NCBI GenBank assembly: GCA_951406725.2
Contig: OX597841.1
Location: forward strand, 7,998,001-8,062,000
Origin: Octopus vulgaris
Taxonomy: Eukaryota
Direction: 5' to 3'
DNA: 64,000 bases
Shown: piece after piece, positions 1 through 10,829 of the stretch
How the letters are laid out: each line of letters opens with the position of its first letter
Numbering within the stretch: position 1 is the first letter of the stretch
Position numbers and translations under genes: made by a program
Notes under the pieces: model-generated
Databases searched by the model: none
What the model saw: the letters and a program-made list of their open reading frames with translations, nothing else
What the model was told of the DNA's origin: nothing

Positions 1-1265
1 GCCACAGGCACAGGTATCACAACTACAATTTCCATTTGATTTTTATTTTGATGTTGATGTATTTGACTCAGTAGGTCTCCTTAAGCACAGCAGGTCACCC
101 TACAATCCAAGGTAAGCACAGCAGGCCGTCCTGCAGTCGAAGGTACTTTGGATGGGTTGGGGCTGCTATGTGAAGCTGGTGCAGGAAACAGCCATGAACT
201 CACGTTATCTGTCAGGTCTTCGCAGTCACAGCATATCTCCAGAGATCTCGGTCTTTCATCATTGTCTCTGTGAGGCCCAATGTTCAAAGGTCATGCTTGA
301 CCACCTCATCCCATGTATTCCTGGGTCTACTTCTACCCTGGATTCCTTCAACTGTTTGGGAGTGGCACTTCTTCACTCATCTCTCCTCATCCATCCATAG
401 TACATGACCATACCAGCGCAAACATCTTTCTTGCATGCCACATCTGATGCTTCTTGTGTCCAGCATTTCTCTCAGAGCACTTACACTCTGTCGTCTGTGC
501 ACACTGACATTACACATCCAGCGGATAATACTAGCTTCATTTCTTTCAAGCCTACACATGTCCTCTGCTGTCACAGTTCATATTTCACTACCTTGAAGCA
601 TGGCAGTTCACACACATGTGTCATACAATCTACCTTTCACTCTGAGCGAGAGACCCTTTGTCACCAGTAGGGGTAGAAACTTTCTAAACTTTGCCCAGGC
701 TATTCGTATTCTAGTGGTGACACTCTCTGAGCATCCACCCACACTACTAACTTGGTCACCTAGGTAGTGGAAACAATCAACTACTTCTAATTTCTCCCCC
801 TGGAGTGTGATGGAATCTGTTTTCTGAGCATCTGTGGTGTCTATTGCCCCTGGGCATCTGCTGCACATGAAAGCTATCTTCTCAGTTAGTTTTCCTCTGA
901 TGTTGCTACACCTCTTATGCGTCCATAGCTTACATTGGGTACATCTTAAAGAGTTTCTACCTACACCTTTTCTACAGATTGAGCGGGGCCACCTACTTAA
1001 GGGTGTGTGTGATGAGTTCACCTTCCTACTTAAATAACTTTGGTCTTCGCTACATTTACTATAAGGCCTTTTGATTCTAAACCTAACTTCCACACCCAAA
1101 ATTTCTTTTCTAGTTCCGGTAGTGATTCTGTTATGAGGGCCAGGTCATCAGTATAGAGGAACTCCCAGGGGCAACCCATCTTGAATTCCTCTGTTATTGC
1201 CTGGAGGACTATGATGAATAAAAGGGACTGAGGGCTGAACCTTGGTGGACCCTTACTTCTACCCA
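1..1265 (-). mobile_element. RTE-clade LINE, 5'-truncated and decayed (RT C-terminal half, 3' region)
   Basis: ORF pieces ...FHYLGDQ...RIRIAWAKF...LSLRVKGRLYDTCV and ...IRWMC...LRWYGHV, plus a Cys/His-rich insert. Confidence 0.88.
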
Positions 1266-1687
1266 GAATTATTCACTTATATTAATATAACAAATAAAAA
1301 TAAAAATTTAAAAAATATACAAAACATACAGAAATCAATGAAGAGAGAAAAGAAACAGTAAGATGATAGATGTTGACTTCATCAGGTATTTCTGTTTATT
1401 TCGAAACCTACAATGAACAGGTCATTTCACAGATGCTAAACTATAAATTTCACAGGGTAAAACATTAAAATTGACACCACTAAGTTGAGAATGCTACATC
1501 ACAGAAAATTTCTGTCTCACTATTGGCTAAAAATACACAGTTTTTTTAAAGTTTTCATCAAATTTTTTCTCCACAAGTACATGGCTTCACAGGAATAAGC
1601 ATGTAAACTACATCAATATAACCGATTTTCAGATATTTGACTTCCTTTTAAGAGATGCAGATTTTATGAATGAAACAAACAAGATCT

Positions 1688-1976
1688 GATGTGGATAAGT
1701 TTAGAAAAAGGTAACTCTTGAATTCAGATAGTCAACCAAGGCATGGGTGAGGGCAGTTGCTGAGGCCATCGCTTCTGCTTTCCTTTTCTAAAGTTCTTTA
1801 CTGGCCTGTTGCTGTGGAAGGACCTTCAAGAAAAAAGGAAGGCAGAAGCAATGGCCTCAACAACTGCCCTCACCCATGTCTTGTTTGACTAACTGAATTC
1901 AGGAGTTACCTGTTTGTAAACTTATAAACATCTAATTATTGAAGTGGAAAAATGATCAGAAAAGCCATTTCTATTC
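1688..1976. repeat. Fold-back (hairpin) element, copy 1, left arm truncated
   Basis: gcatgggtgagggcagttgctgaggccat...atggcctcaacaactgccctcacccatg is self-complementary. Near-identical to 3420-3706. Confidence 0.9.
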
Positions 1977-2478
1977 TTTTTTCTTCAAATATAATTATAT
2001 ATATCCACATATATGTATTTAGAAACAAAAAATACTTAAATCCAGTCAGAGTCCATGTACTGAATATGTTCTTCATCCTCTTATTTACATATTTTTAAAA
2101 AGAAAAGTATTGTCTAATAAATTTATTTGGTATGAACAAAAGGAAAAAAGGAGTAATTTTGGTTAATATGACATTTCAAACTTAGACTTTGGAAAGAGGG
2201 TTCCTTAGTAAAGTGGCACCCAAAATTCTATTCTACAAGAAAAATGCTAATGGTTATGTAAAAGTAGTACTTATTGAGAGGCTGAATGTACAAAATTTAC
2301 TTCACTGGGATATAATCTCAGAATGTACTAACAGTAAATTTAATTCTGTCAATATTTAGTACAGTTTGTACTTTTTCCCTCACTTCAATATTTGGTGGTG
2401 ATATTACCATTAAGAGAAGCCATTCACAAATATGTTTAGAGCAATAAGGGTTTTTCTGAGATTACATTCTTGTTAGAG

Positions 2479-2507
2479 TTATCCATAAGCAGGAGTGATT
2501 TTGGATA
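2479..2507 (-). CDS. Candidate terminal coding exon, copy A (VSKITPAYG*)
   Basis: Acceptor cttttccccttcag|TA, with TAA at the same position as in copy B. Confidence 0.33.
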
Positions 2508-2891
2508 CTGAAGGGGAAAAGCTGATCCCATTTACCTTTGGAAATCTGTTCCATTTTTTGTGTCTCATGTCTAAGCAAGTATCTACTGAATTCAATATTA
2601 GTTGTATACCAATTTGGGTTATTTGTTTAAATAAAACTTTAAAAATATATGCATATGAACTGCATTAATAAAGGTAAGATAAATAAAGGTGTAAAATATA
2701 AGTTACATATGAATGTTTGCAAGAAGTTCTTTGCATATGCAATGAAATTTTAACACCTTCAAAGTTTTAATTTCAATCATACATATATATTAAGCTGCAT
2801 ATTCTACCCAAAGAAAGAATGAGCCAAACTATTTGCTAATCTTGCTCTAATGAAAATAATTTTTTTGTTAATAAATTGCTTATATACTTAC

Positions 2892-2933
2892 CAGCAGGTT
2901 TATTTGAAGCGTTAACGTAAGTACCATCCGTGC
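2892..2933 (-). CDS. Cytoplasmic tail exon, copy A (STDGTYVNASNKPA)
   Basis: Acceptor ttttaaatttcttaaag|GC, donor CTG|gtaagt, 42 nt, phase 1-1. Paralog of 8237-8278. Confidence 0.72.
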
Positions 2934-3168
2934 CTTTAAGAAATTTAAAAAAAGAACAAATAGCATGGCTATAAATAATATTTAAATTAAGATAGCTGTG
3001 TAATGATTCTACCATAATAAATACTAATGAGATAGACTCAAACACACTCACACATACATACATGCATATTAATAGACAAAAGTTAGAGAGTGACATATTT
3101 CGTAATAGTTCACTGTCTGTTTATTTTAAAGATAGGTTCTAAGATCATGCAATATTGATTGTACTTAC

Positions 3169-3228
3169 TTCGTTGTCCCATTTCTAAATATTTCGGCTCG
3201 CTAACCTCAGCACATTGTTCTTCCACAG
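3169..3228 (-). CDS. Cytoplasmic tail exon, copy A (AVEEQCAEVSEPKYLEMGQR); 5' boundary uncertain
   Basis: Donor GAA|gtaagt is intact. The acceptor homologous to copy B reads TG instead of AG. In-frame phase-1 alternative acceptors would start the exon at 3219 or 3309. Confidence 0.55.
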
Positions 3229-3374
3229 CATCAAGAAATAAAATGAAAGGCATATTTATTGTTTGGAGGGTGTGATTTAAATATTTTGATGATACACAGA
3301 AAGTAGCAGCTATATGTAGATAGTAGAAAAAGAAATAGAAAGCCCTTGGTACAGTATTAGATATCTGAAAAACT

Positions 3375-3706
3375 GAATAGAAATGGCTTTTCTGATAATT
3401 TTCCACTTTAATAATTAGGTGTTTATAAGTTTAGAAAAAGGTAACTCTTGAATTCAAATAGTTACCCAAAGCATGGGTGAGGGCAGTTGCTGAGGCCATT
3501 GCTTCTGCTTTCCTTTTCTAAAGTTCTTTACTGGCCTGTTGCTGTGGAAGGACCTTCAAGAAAAAAGGAAAGCAGAAGCAATGGCCTCAACAACTGCCCT
3601 CACCCATGCTTTAGTTGACTAACTGAATTCAGGTGTTACCTGTTTGTAAACTTATAAACATCTAATTATTGAAGTGGAAAAATTATCAGAAAAGCCATTT
3701 CTATTC
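3375..3706. repeat. Fold-back (hairpin) element, copy 2, ~145-bp arms and ~40-nt loop
   Basis: 3375 gaatagaaatggcttttctgataatt pairs with aattatcagaaaagccatttctattc 3706. It is followed by a terminus (gtgtctggggagagtcatt) also seen at ~57867. Confidence 0.92.
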
Positions 3707-3839
3707 TTCATTTTTGTATTTGGTTTGCAAAATTCTTTATATGAGTTTGTGTGTTGAAGCATATTTTGTGGTGTCTGGGGAGAGTCATTCTCTTTTATTG
3801 CCTTATTATTTAACACACTTACCTGTAAATTTTCCACTC

Positions 3840-3874
<35 letters not shown>

Positions 3875-4066
3875 GAATTTACAAAAACAAAACAAAACAA
3901 AAGACGAAGATGGGTGTGTAAACAACAAACAGATGTATTAGTTTAACGCTCGGGAAGTGAGAAAGTCTTTTATGTTTCAAGCCGACGCTCTTTGACAGAA
4001 AGGAACACAGAAATAAACAGGGAGAGAAAATAGAGAAAGGTTCAGTGGCTAGCGATCTATCATGGG

Positions 4067-4126
<60 letters not shown>

Positions 4127-4147
4127 ATACATATATATATATATATA

Positions 4148-4538
4148 TTCTTTTACTCTTTTATTTGTTTCAGTCATTTGACTGTGGCCATGCTGGAGCA
4201 CCGCCTTTAGTCGAGCAAATCGACCCCGGGACTTATTCTTTTTAAGCCTAGTACTTACTCTTTCGGTCTCTTTTGCTGAACTGCTAAGTGACGGGGACGT
4301 AAACACATCAGCATCGGTTGTCAAGCGATGTTGGGGGTACAAACACAGACACACACACATATATATATACATATATACGACAGGCTTCTTTCAGTTTCTG
4401 TCTACCAAATCCACTCACAAGGCATTGGTCGGCCCGGGGCTATAGCAGAAGACACTTGCCCAAGGTGCCACGCAGTGGGACTGAACCCGGAACCATGTGG
4501 TTGGTTAGCAAGCTACTTACCACACAGCCACTCCTGCA
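4148..4538 (-). mobile_element. tRNA-derived SINE
   Basis: Minus-strand head gcaggagtggctgtgtggtaag...gggttcagtccc has A/B boxes, with an internal (TA)/(CA) tract. Related copies lie at 7776-8130, 32575-32900, ~17095 and ~33138. Confidence 0.85.
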
Positions 4539-4627
4539 TCTAAATATATATATATATACCAGAGTAAACACATAAATGTGAAACAAGGTGGAAAAAAGAG
4601 TACTCAAATACCAGGGGTAGAGTAATA

Positions 4628-4756
4628 TGCTTTATTTAAAAGCAGCAGAAAATTCAACAAAACCTGTTATTCTAGCAAAAAATGTTCGACGAACGGGAAC
4701 GTGAAACTCAGAGTAACAGGTTTTGTTGAATTTTCTGCTGCTTTTAAATAAAGTAT
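4628..4756. repeat. Small fold-back terminus of a Penelope-like element
   Basis: ctttatttaaaagcagcagaaaattcaacaaaacctgtta pairs with taacaggttttgttgaattttctgctgcttttaaataaag. The same terminus is at 31465-31545. Flanked by (TA)n. Confidence 0.75.
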
Positions 4757-4769
4757 ATATATATATAGC

Positions 4770-5883
4770 TTTCGACATGTTTACAGTGAAAAGCAACTTC
4801 ACATGTGCTTCGGAGAACCTAATATACTCACTAACCTGCTCCAGGTGTCAAGAGCAGTACATAGGCCAAACAAAAAATAGTTTGCGTAAACGAATGGCCC
4901 TGCACAGATCCCAGATAAAAATTCCCCAAAACAGAAAAATAGCTTTTAGCCAACACATAGATACTTGCGCCAACAAAAAAACACCAAGCTTCAGGATTTT
5001 CCCCCTCTACCAATTTAGGGACGATACAACCTCGAGACAACGAATAAGTAAAGAAACTCTCTTTATTGCAAAATACAGGCCACTTCTTAACGGGTCTACG
5101 ACAAACAATTAATATACCTCAACTTTAGAATAAAAGAAATATTCACACACAAATATTACATTCCAAAGAATCCATTACTAATCACAGCTAAAATCACAGC
5201 TATAATCCATAACATGCCAACTTCAAGTCATACAACACCTCACTACTTTAACCCATTCATATTTTCCCTTCTCTGTTTTTTTCTTCTTCTTCCTCTTCTT
5301 CTTCATCATCATCATTATCATCATCATCGTCGTCATAACCATCACCACCATCACCATCATCGTCATCTTCTCCTTCTCCTTCTTCTTCTTCTTCATCATC
5401 ATCATCATCAACATCGTCATCTTCTTCTTCTTCTACTTCTCCACCTTCTACCCCTTAACTTTGTCACTAACGTTTCTTAGTATAACACCTACGCAAATTC
5501 TATAAACAAGCCTTTCAATAGAAATATTCTCCTGAATTGAACTGCGACTGCCAGCCGCCACTGACCATTCAAAATACGACCATCAGGGCACTCCCAGATT
5601 CTCCCACCCCCTTTCCTCATCAGCCTTCTTCCCCTACTACCCTACCAAGAACTCACAACTACCTCCAACACACAAGTGCAAACAAGGAAGTCAGAGAAAG
5701 GCAGAATGCTACTTATATCTGAACACTACTATAGAAATATTCCTTTAAAAAAACTTTTCTTCTAATTTTTCTAAAGTTAATTATTTAATCGTTACAGTTG
5801 AAAAGGTCTCAAAATGACCGAAACCGGTACTGAAATGTTCACTATAAAATTATTTTAGCATTTTCTATTTTTGACTTGTTTTC

Positions 5884-5890
<7 letters not shown>
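4770..5890 (+). mobile_element. Penelope-like element 3' fragment: GIY-YIG endonuclease plus pLTR/3' region
   Basis: FTCASENLIYSLTCSRCQEQYIGQT...LRKRMALH...RQRISKETLFI...P.LN matches the PLE GIY-YIG domain with CxxC. Ends in (TA)n and carries a hammerhead motif at 5795-5832. Confidence 0.9.
5795..5832 (+). ncRNA. Minimal type-I hammerhead ribozyme motif, U3-A8 core variant
   Basis: cag-UUGAAAA-gguc(ucaaaau)gacc-GAAA-ccgg-UA-cug: stem I cag/cug, stem II gguc/gacc, palindromic stem III ACCGGU, GUA cleavage triplet. Confidence 0.7.
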
Positions 5891-5943
<53 letters not shown>

Positions 5944-5968
5944 AATGTATATTTTATATATATATTTA

Positions 5969-6450
5969 TCATCATCATCATTGTTTAACGTCCATTTTCC
6001 ATGCTAGCATGGATTGGACGGTTCGACCGGGGTCTGGGAAGCCAGAAGGCTGCACCAGGCTCCTGTCTGATCTGGCAGTGTTTCTACAGCTGGATGCCCT
6101 TCCTAACACCAACCACTCCGTGAGTGTAGTGGGTGCTTTTTACGTGCCACCGGCACAGGTGCCAGGCAAGGCTGGCAATGGCCACGATCAGTTGGTGCTT
6201 TTCACGTTCCACTGGCATGGAAGCCAGTCAAGGCAGCGCTGGATTCAGCCACGTTCGGATGGTGCTTTTTACGTGCCACTGGCAGAGGGATCACAACTGC
6301 AATTTCCATTGATTTTTGATGTTGATGTACTTCACTCAATAGGTCTCCTGAAACACAAGGTTGGAACGGTGTTTCTTTACTTGCCACCTGCACATGAGTC
6401 AGTCCAGCAGCACTGGCAACTGCCAGGTGCCAGTCATAGGATTGGTTCAA
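5969..6450 (-). mobile_element. RTE LINE 3' UTR fragment with (ATG)n tail
   Basis: catcatcat-tgtttaacgtccattttccatgctagcatgg...ctggatgcccttcctaac. The same family recurs at more than 10 sites in the window. Confidence 0.8.
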
Positions 6451-6596
6451 TTTCGAAACAATTAACACAGAAAAAAATAGACAAATATTTACCGGGGTAG
6501 CAAGAAATCATACAAGTAAAAAGGTTGTAACTCCTTATTTTTAAAGGTAGAAACACCAGGTTTATGTGAAATATTTTGTATAATATATATAAATAA

Positions 6597-6947
6597 ATAA
6601 ATGGAGTTAAACGCAGGTGTTATGCAAATTCTTTTACTTCCAACACATGTTTCGAAGATATCACTGGTATTATTCCAAAGGAATAAAATGGTGTAAAACA
6701 ACGTAATCTTTTCTTCAGGGAAATGAAGAAATGAAACTCGTCATTAAGATGTTTTAACAGAAAATGATGGATATGTATAGTGATTGACTGAACGCTATTA
6801 AGTTTGTTTTTAAAAAAACGTTAGAGGATACAGCGTCAAAGGTAGCCTATAGAAAGAGGAGGGGTAATTCCTTTGGAATAATACCAGTGATATCTTTGAA
6901 ACATGTCGGAAGTAAAAGAATTTGAATAACACCTGCGTTTAACTCCA

Positions 6948-6955
<8 letters not shown>
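6597..6955. mobile_element. Penelope-like fold-back element with hammerhead-like motif
   Basis: Arms ~6597-6685 and ~6867-6955 are inverted. Minus strand 6638-6722 reads uucc-CUGAAGA-aaagau...aucuuc-GAAA-caugu...ggaa. Flanked by (TA)n. Confidence 0.7.
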
Positions 6956-7013
<58 letters not shown>

Positions 7014-7482
7014 AACACATGTATTTTAAAACAAAAAATACTTAAATCCAGGCGAAGTCCATGTACTGAATATGTTCTTCATCCTCTCATTTACATATTG
7101 TATAAAAGAAAAGTATTGTCTAATAAATCTATTTGGTATGAACAAGAGTAAACAAAGAGTAATTTTGGTTAATATGCCATTTCAAAATTAGACTTCTGAA
7201 AGAGGCTTCCTCAGTAAAGTGGCACCCAAAATTTTATTCTATGAGCAAAATGCTAATGATTATGTAAAAGTAGAACTTATTGAGAGGCTGATTGTACAAA
7301 GTGTACTTCTCTGGGATATAATCTCAAAATGTACTAACACTAAATTTAATTGTCAATATTTAGTACAGTGTGTACTATTTCTATCACTTCAATATTTAAT
7401 TGTGATATTAACATTAAGGGAAGCTATTCACAAATATGTTTAGAGCAACAAGGGTTTTTCTAAGATAAATTTCTTGCTAGAG

Positions 7483-7511
7483 TTATAAATAAACAGGAGT
7501 GATTTTGGATA
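7483..7511 (-). CDS. Candidate terminal coding exon, copy B (VSKITPVYL*)
   Basis: Acceptor ttaactgttctcctccag|TA. In phase 1 it ends at a TAA that is positionally conserved in copy A. It is short, so support is limited. Confidence 0.35.
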
Positions 7512-7775
7512 CTGGAGGAGAACAGTTAATCACATTTACTATTGCAAATTTATTCCCATTCATTGTGTCTCATGCCTTGGCAAATATCTACTGAATTCAT
7601 TATTACTTAATTATTTGGATTTTTTTGTACAAATAAAGCCAACAAAGTAAATTTTTATGAACTGCATTATTAAGGGTAAGGATTGATAAAAAGGTAAAAT
7701 ATCAGAGTTAAATAGGAATATCTGTAAGAAGTTTATCGTATATGCAATGGAATTTTAATATTTTGAAAGGTTTTT

Positions 7776-8130
7776 AGGTGTGGCTGTGAGGTAAGAAGTT
7801 TAATTTCCAAACAAATGGGTCTGGGTTTCGTCACATGATGAGGCACATTGGGCGAGTGTATTCTGCTATAATCCTGGGCGGACCAAAATCTTGTGAATGG
7901 ATTTGGTATATATATAAGGGAGTGTGTGTGCCTTTGCGTTTGATCCCCATCACCACTTGACACTTGTGTTGGTTTGTTCACATCCACAGAACTTAGCAGT
8001 TTAGCAAAAGAAACCAATAGAATAAGTAAAAGGCTTAAAAATAATAAGTACTCGGGTGGATTTGTTGGACTGAACCCTTGAAAGTGGTGCCTTAGCATGG
8101 CTGCAGTCCAATGACTGGAACAAATGAAAG
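7776..8130 (+). mobile_element. tRNA-derived SINE (older copy) present in cassette copy B only
   Basis: ggtgtggctgtgaggtaagaag...gcatggctgcagtccaatgactggaacaa. Absent from the homologous position in copy A (~2775). Confidence 0.8.
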
Positions 8131-8236
8131 ACATGCATTAAGCTGCCTATACTACTCAAAGAAAGAGTGAACCAAAATGTTGCTAACTCTTGCTCTAATG
8201 AATGAAATTTTATTATTCGATTGCTTATATACTTAC

Positions 8237-8278
8237 CATCAGGTTTCCTTGAAACATTAACGTAAGAAATCTTCATGT
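8237..8278 (-). CDS. Cytoplasmic tail exon, copy B (DMKISYVNVSRKPD; ITIM ISYVNV)
   Basis: Acceptor tttctaattttttaaag|AC, donor ATG|gtaagt, 42 nt, phase 1-1. Paralogous to 2892-2933, with splice sites conserved. Confidence 0.8.
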
Positions 8279-8498
8279 CTTTAAAAAATTAGAAATAAAA
8301 ACAATAAATAGCGTTATGTTAGTATTGTGTTGATACTACAATCATAAATGCTAATGAGACAGACTCAAACACACTCATACACACATATTAAAAGATAAAA
8401 GTTAGAGAATGATACATTTCATGACTGTTAGCTTTCTGTTAATGTTTAAGATAATTTCTAAGATCATGCTGTGTACTAACAATATTGTTTATACTTAC

Positions 8499-8558
8499 CT
8501 GCTGGTTTCAATTCTAAATAACTGGGCCCACTAGCTTCAGCATATTGCTCTTCATTAG
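8499..8558 (-). CDS. Cytoplasmic tail exon, copy B (ANEEQYAEASGPSYLELKPA)
   Basis: Acceptor tttttgaag|CT, consensus donor CAG|gtaagt, 60 nt, phase 1-1. Paralogous to 3169-3228. Confidence 0.75.
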
Positions 8559-9902
8559 CTTCAAAAAATTATAGAAAGATGTGCACATTTATTGTTTGGA
8601 GAGGATAGTTTTAATATTTTGATATTGTACAAAAAGTAACTAAAAAAAATAAAATACTAGTGAGATCTGTGGAAATTCCACAGAACGAAAGAGATTAAGC
8701 AAAGCTATTTAAGAAAGAAAGGATGATTGTTATTTGTATTTTGCTAAGTGATTTCACTTCCAGTTGCAAAATAGTATATGATTTTGAAATTTCCTTCTGC
8801 TAAGCACCTTATATTTCTCTCTTTCTCTCTACCTCTTCAACAAACATTTTAACCATGTAATTCCCCTCTTCATGTCTTTAACATTTCCCTCTTTCTCTTT
8901 CCACCCTACAGCATGTCATTAACACTTCTCTCTCTCCCACTTTCCTCTCATTGTAGTTGTGTCTTGCTCTTTGCCTCCCCCTCAACTAACTACGTGATGC
9001 ATTTGACCTTAGTGTATTATTATACTCCTCTCTTCTTCTTGCTTCTCTACCCACATTTCTCCCTCTTTCTCTCACTTTTACTCAACCTCTCACTCATTCC
9101 ACTTCCACCTCTCTAACAAACTAAAGTATAACAGGTGAAGAAAGAAGCAAATTATTATATAGATAGTGTATATTTTATATGCAACAATGTTTTCACACAT
9201 GCTACCCCAAGAAACCGAACTAAATCAGCTCTTCTAAACTGCATCTTTCTCTTCTTCACATTTCCTCTTCCTGCCATTAAAAACATCTCCAAAGTATGGT
9301 TCACCTCCTATTGACATTTGTCCTCTATCCTTACCATCAATGAGCTAACCTCCACTGTTGTTATTGATTTTCCCTTTTTCCACTACTCGCCACATCTTAC
9401 ATCTGCTGCCACTTCCAACAGACATCCATTCCATGTTCCTACCACAAATGATCCTCCACCCTTCAAATCGGTATCCCTTTCTTAATTTCCCCACTAATCA
9501 CAACTGCCAGCCCCACAACTCATGACCCTATAATGAGCCCTCCATCATTCTCCTGTCGAAAGTGCTATTCTGCTGCTGTAAGAGACAAAAGCAGAATACA
9601 CCATACATTTATACCATACATATTGCCATCTCTGTACTGTGAGTTGCCACTTCCTTTCCTTTGTACTATTTCCAGTCAGCATCTATCCCTTATTCTTACT
9701 GTGTCCCCTTCTATACGTAAATCCTTTCCCTGTTCATGATTTATTACAACTCCTATGTTCATTTGACCTGTTTTATTCCATGGTTTGTATTCACCTCCTT
9801 TTCTCCCAAACTCTTACAACCTTACACACCAGCATCCCTGATTCTGAAGTATCATCACTATAAATACAGAATGGAAGAAGATATGAGAGTGGAGGTCAAG
9901 TA

Positions 9903-10598
<696 letters not shown>

Positions 10599-10599
10599 T

Positions 10600-10815
10600 T
10601 CTATATATATATAAAACTGAGAATGTGTCTGTCTGTGTGTTCCCCTAAAACTTGAGAACTACACAACCAATTTCATTCAAATTTCACACATGCCTTACTT
10701 ATGGTCCATGTACTTTCATGATCAAAAAAACGTTCGACTTCTTGTTTAAGACGAGCCCATAGCAATATCATATCTTCTCCACTATTTCAGTATTACGTGT
10801 TAAAAGTGAAACAAA
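10600..10815 (+). mobile_element. Non-autonomous Helitron-like element, 5' part
   Basis: Starts TCTATATATATATAAAACTGAGAATG, the Helitron-type 5' TC end. A homolog lies on the minus strand at 33400-33615. Confidence 0.6.
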
Positions 10816-10829
10816 AACTGACAATATTT

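Larger units (their letters stand above)
2005..3310. repeat. Tandem segmental duplication, copy A of the tail-exon cassette
   Basis: Colinear and clearly similar to 7015-8640, e.g. caaaaaatacttaaatccag...ccatgtactgaatatgttcttcatcctc at ~2026 and ~7032. Confidence 0.92.
7015..8640. repeat. Tandem segmental duplication, copy B of the tail-exon cassette (has an extra SINE)
   Basis: Aligns to 2005-3310 once the SINE at 7776-8130 is removed. Confidence 0.92.

Noticed and set aside
3815-3826. Perfect minus-strand donor CAG|gtaagt
   Set aside because: It lies inside a repeat terminus shared with ~57910, and no acceptor or exon fits upstream.
5214-5480. His/Leu-rich and Met/Lys-rich ORFs
   Set aside because: (CAT)n/(CTT)n simple repeats inside a Penelope 3' region.
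8560-8640. Longer version of the copy B tail exon from the strong acceptor at ~8640
   Set aside because: Two in-frame TAA stops in phase 1. It could only serve as a truncating terminal exon, for which I have no support.
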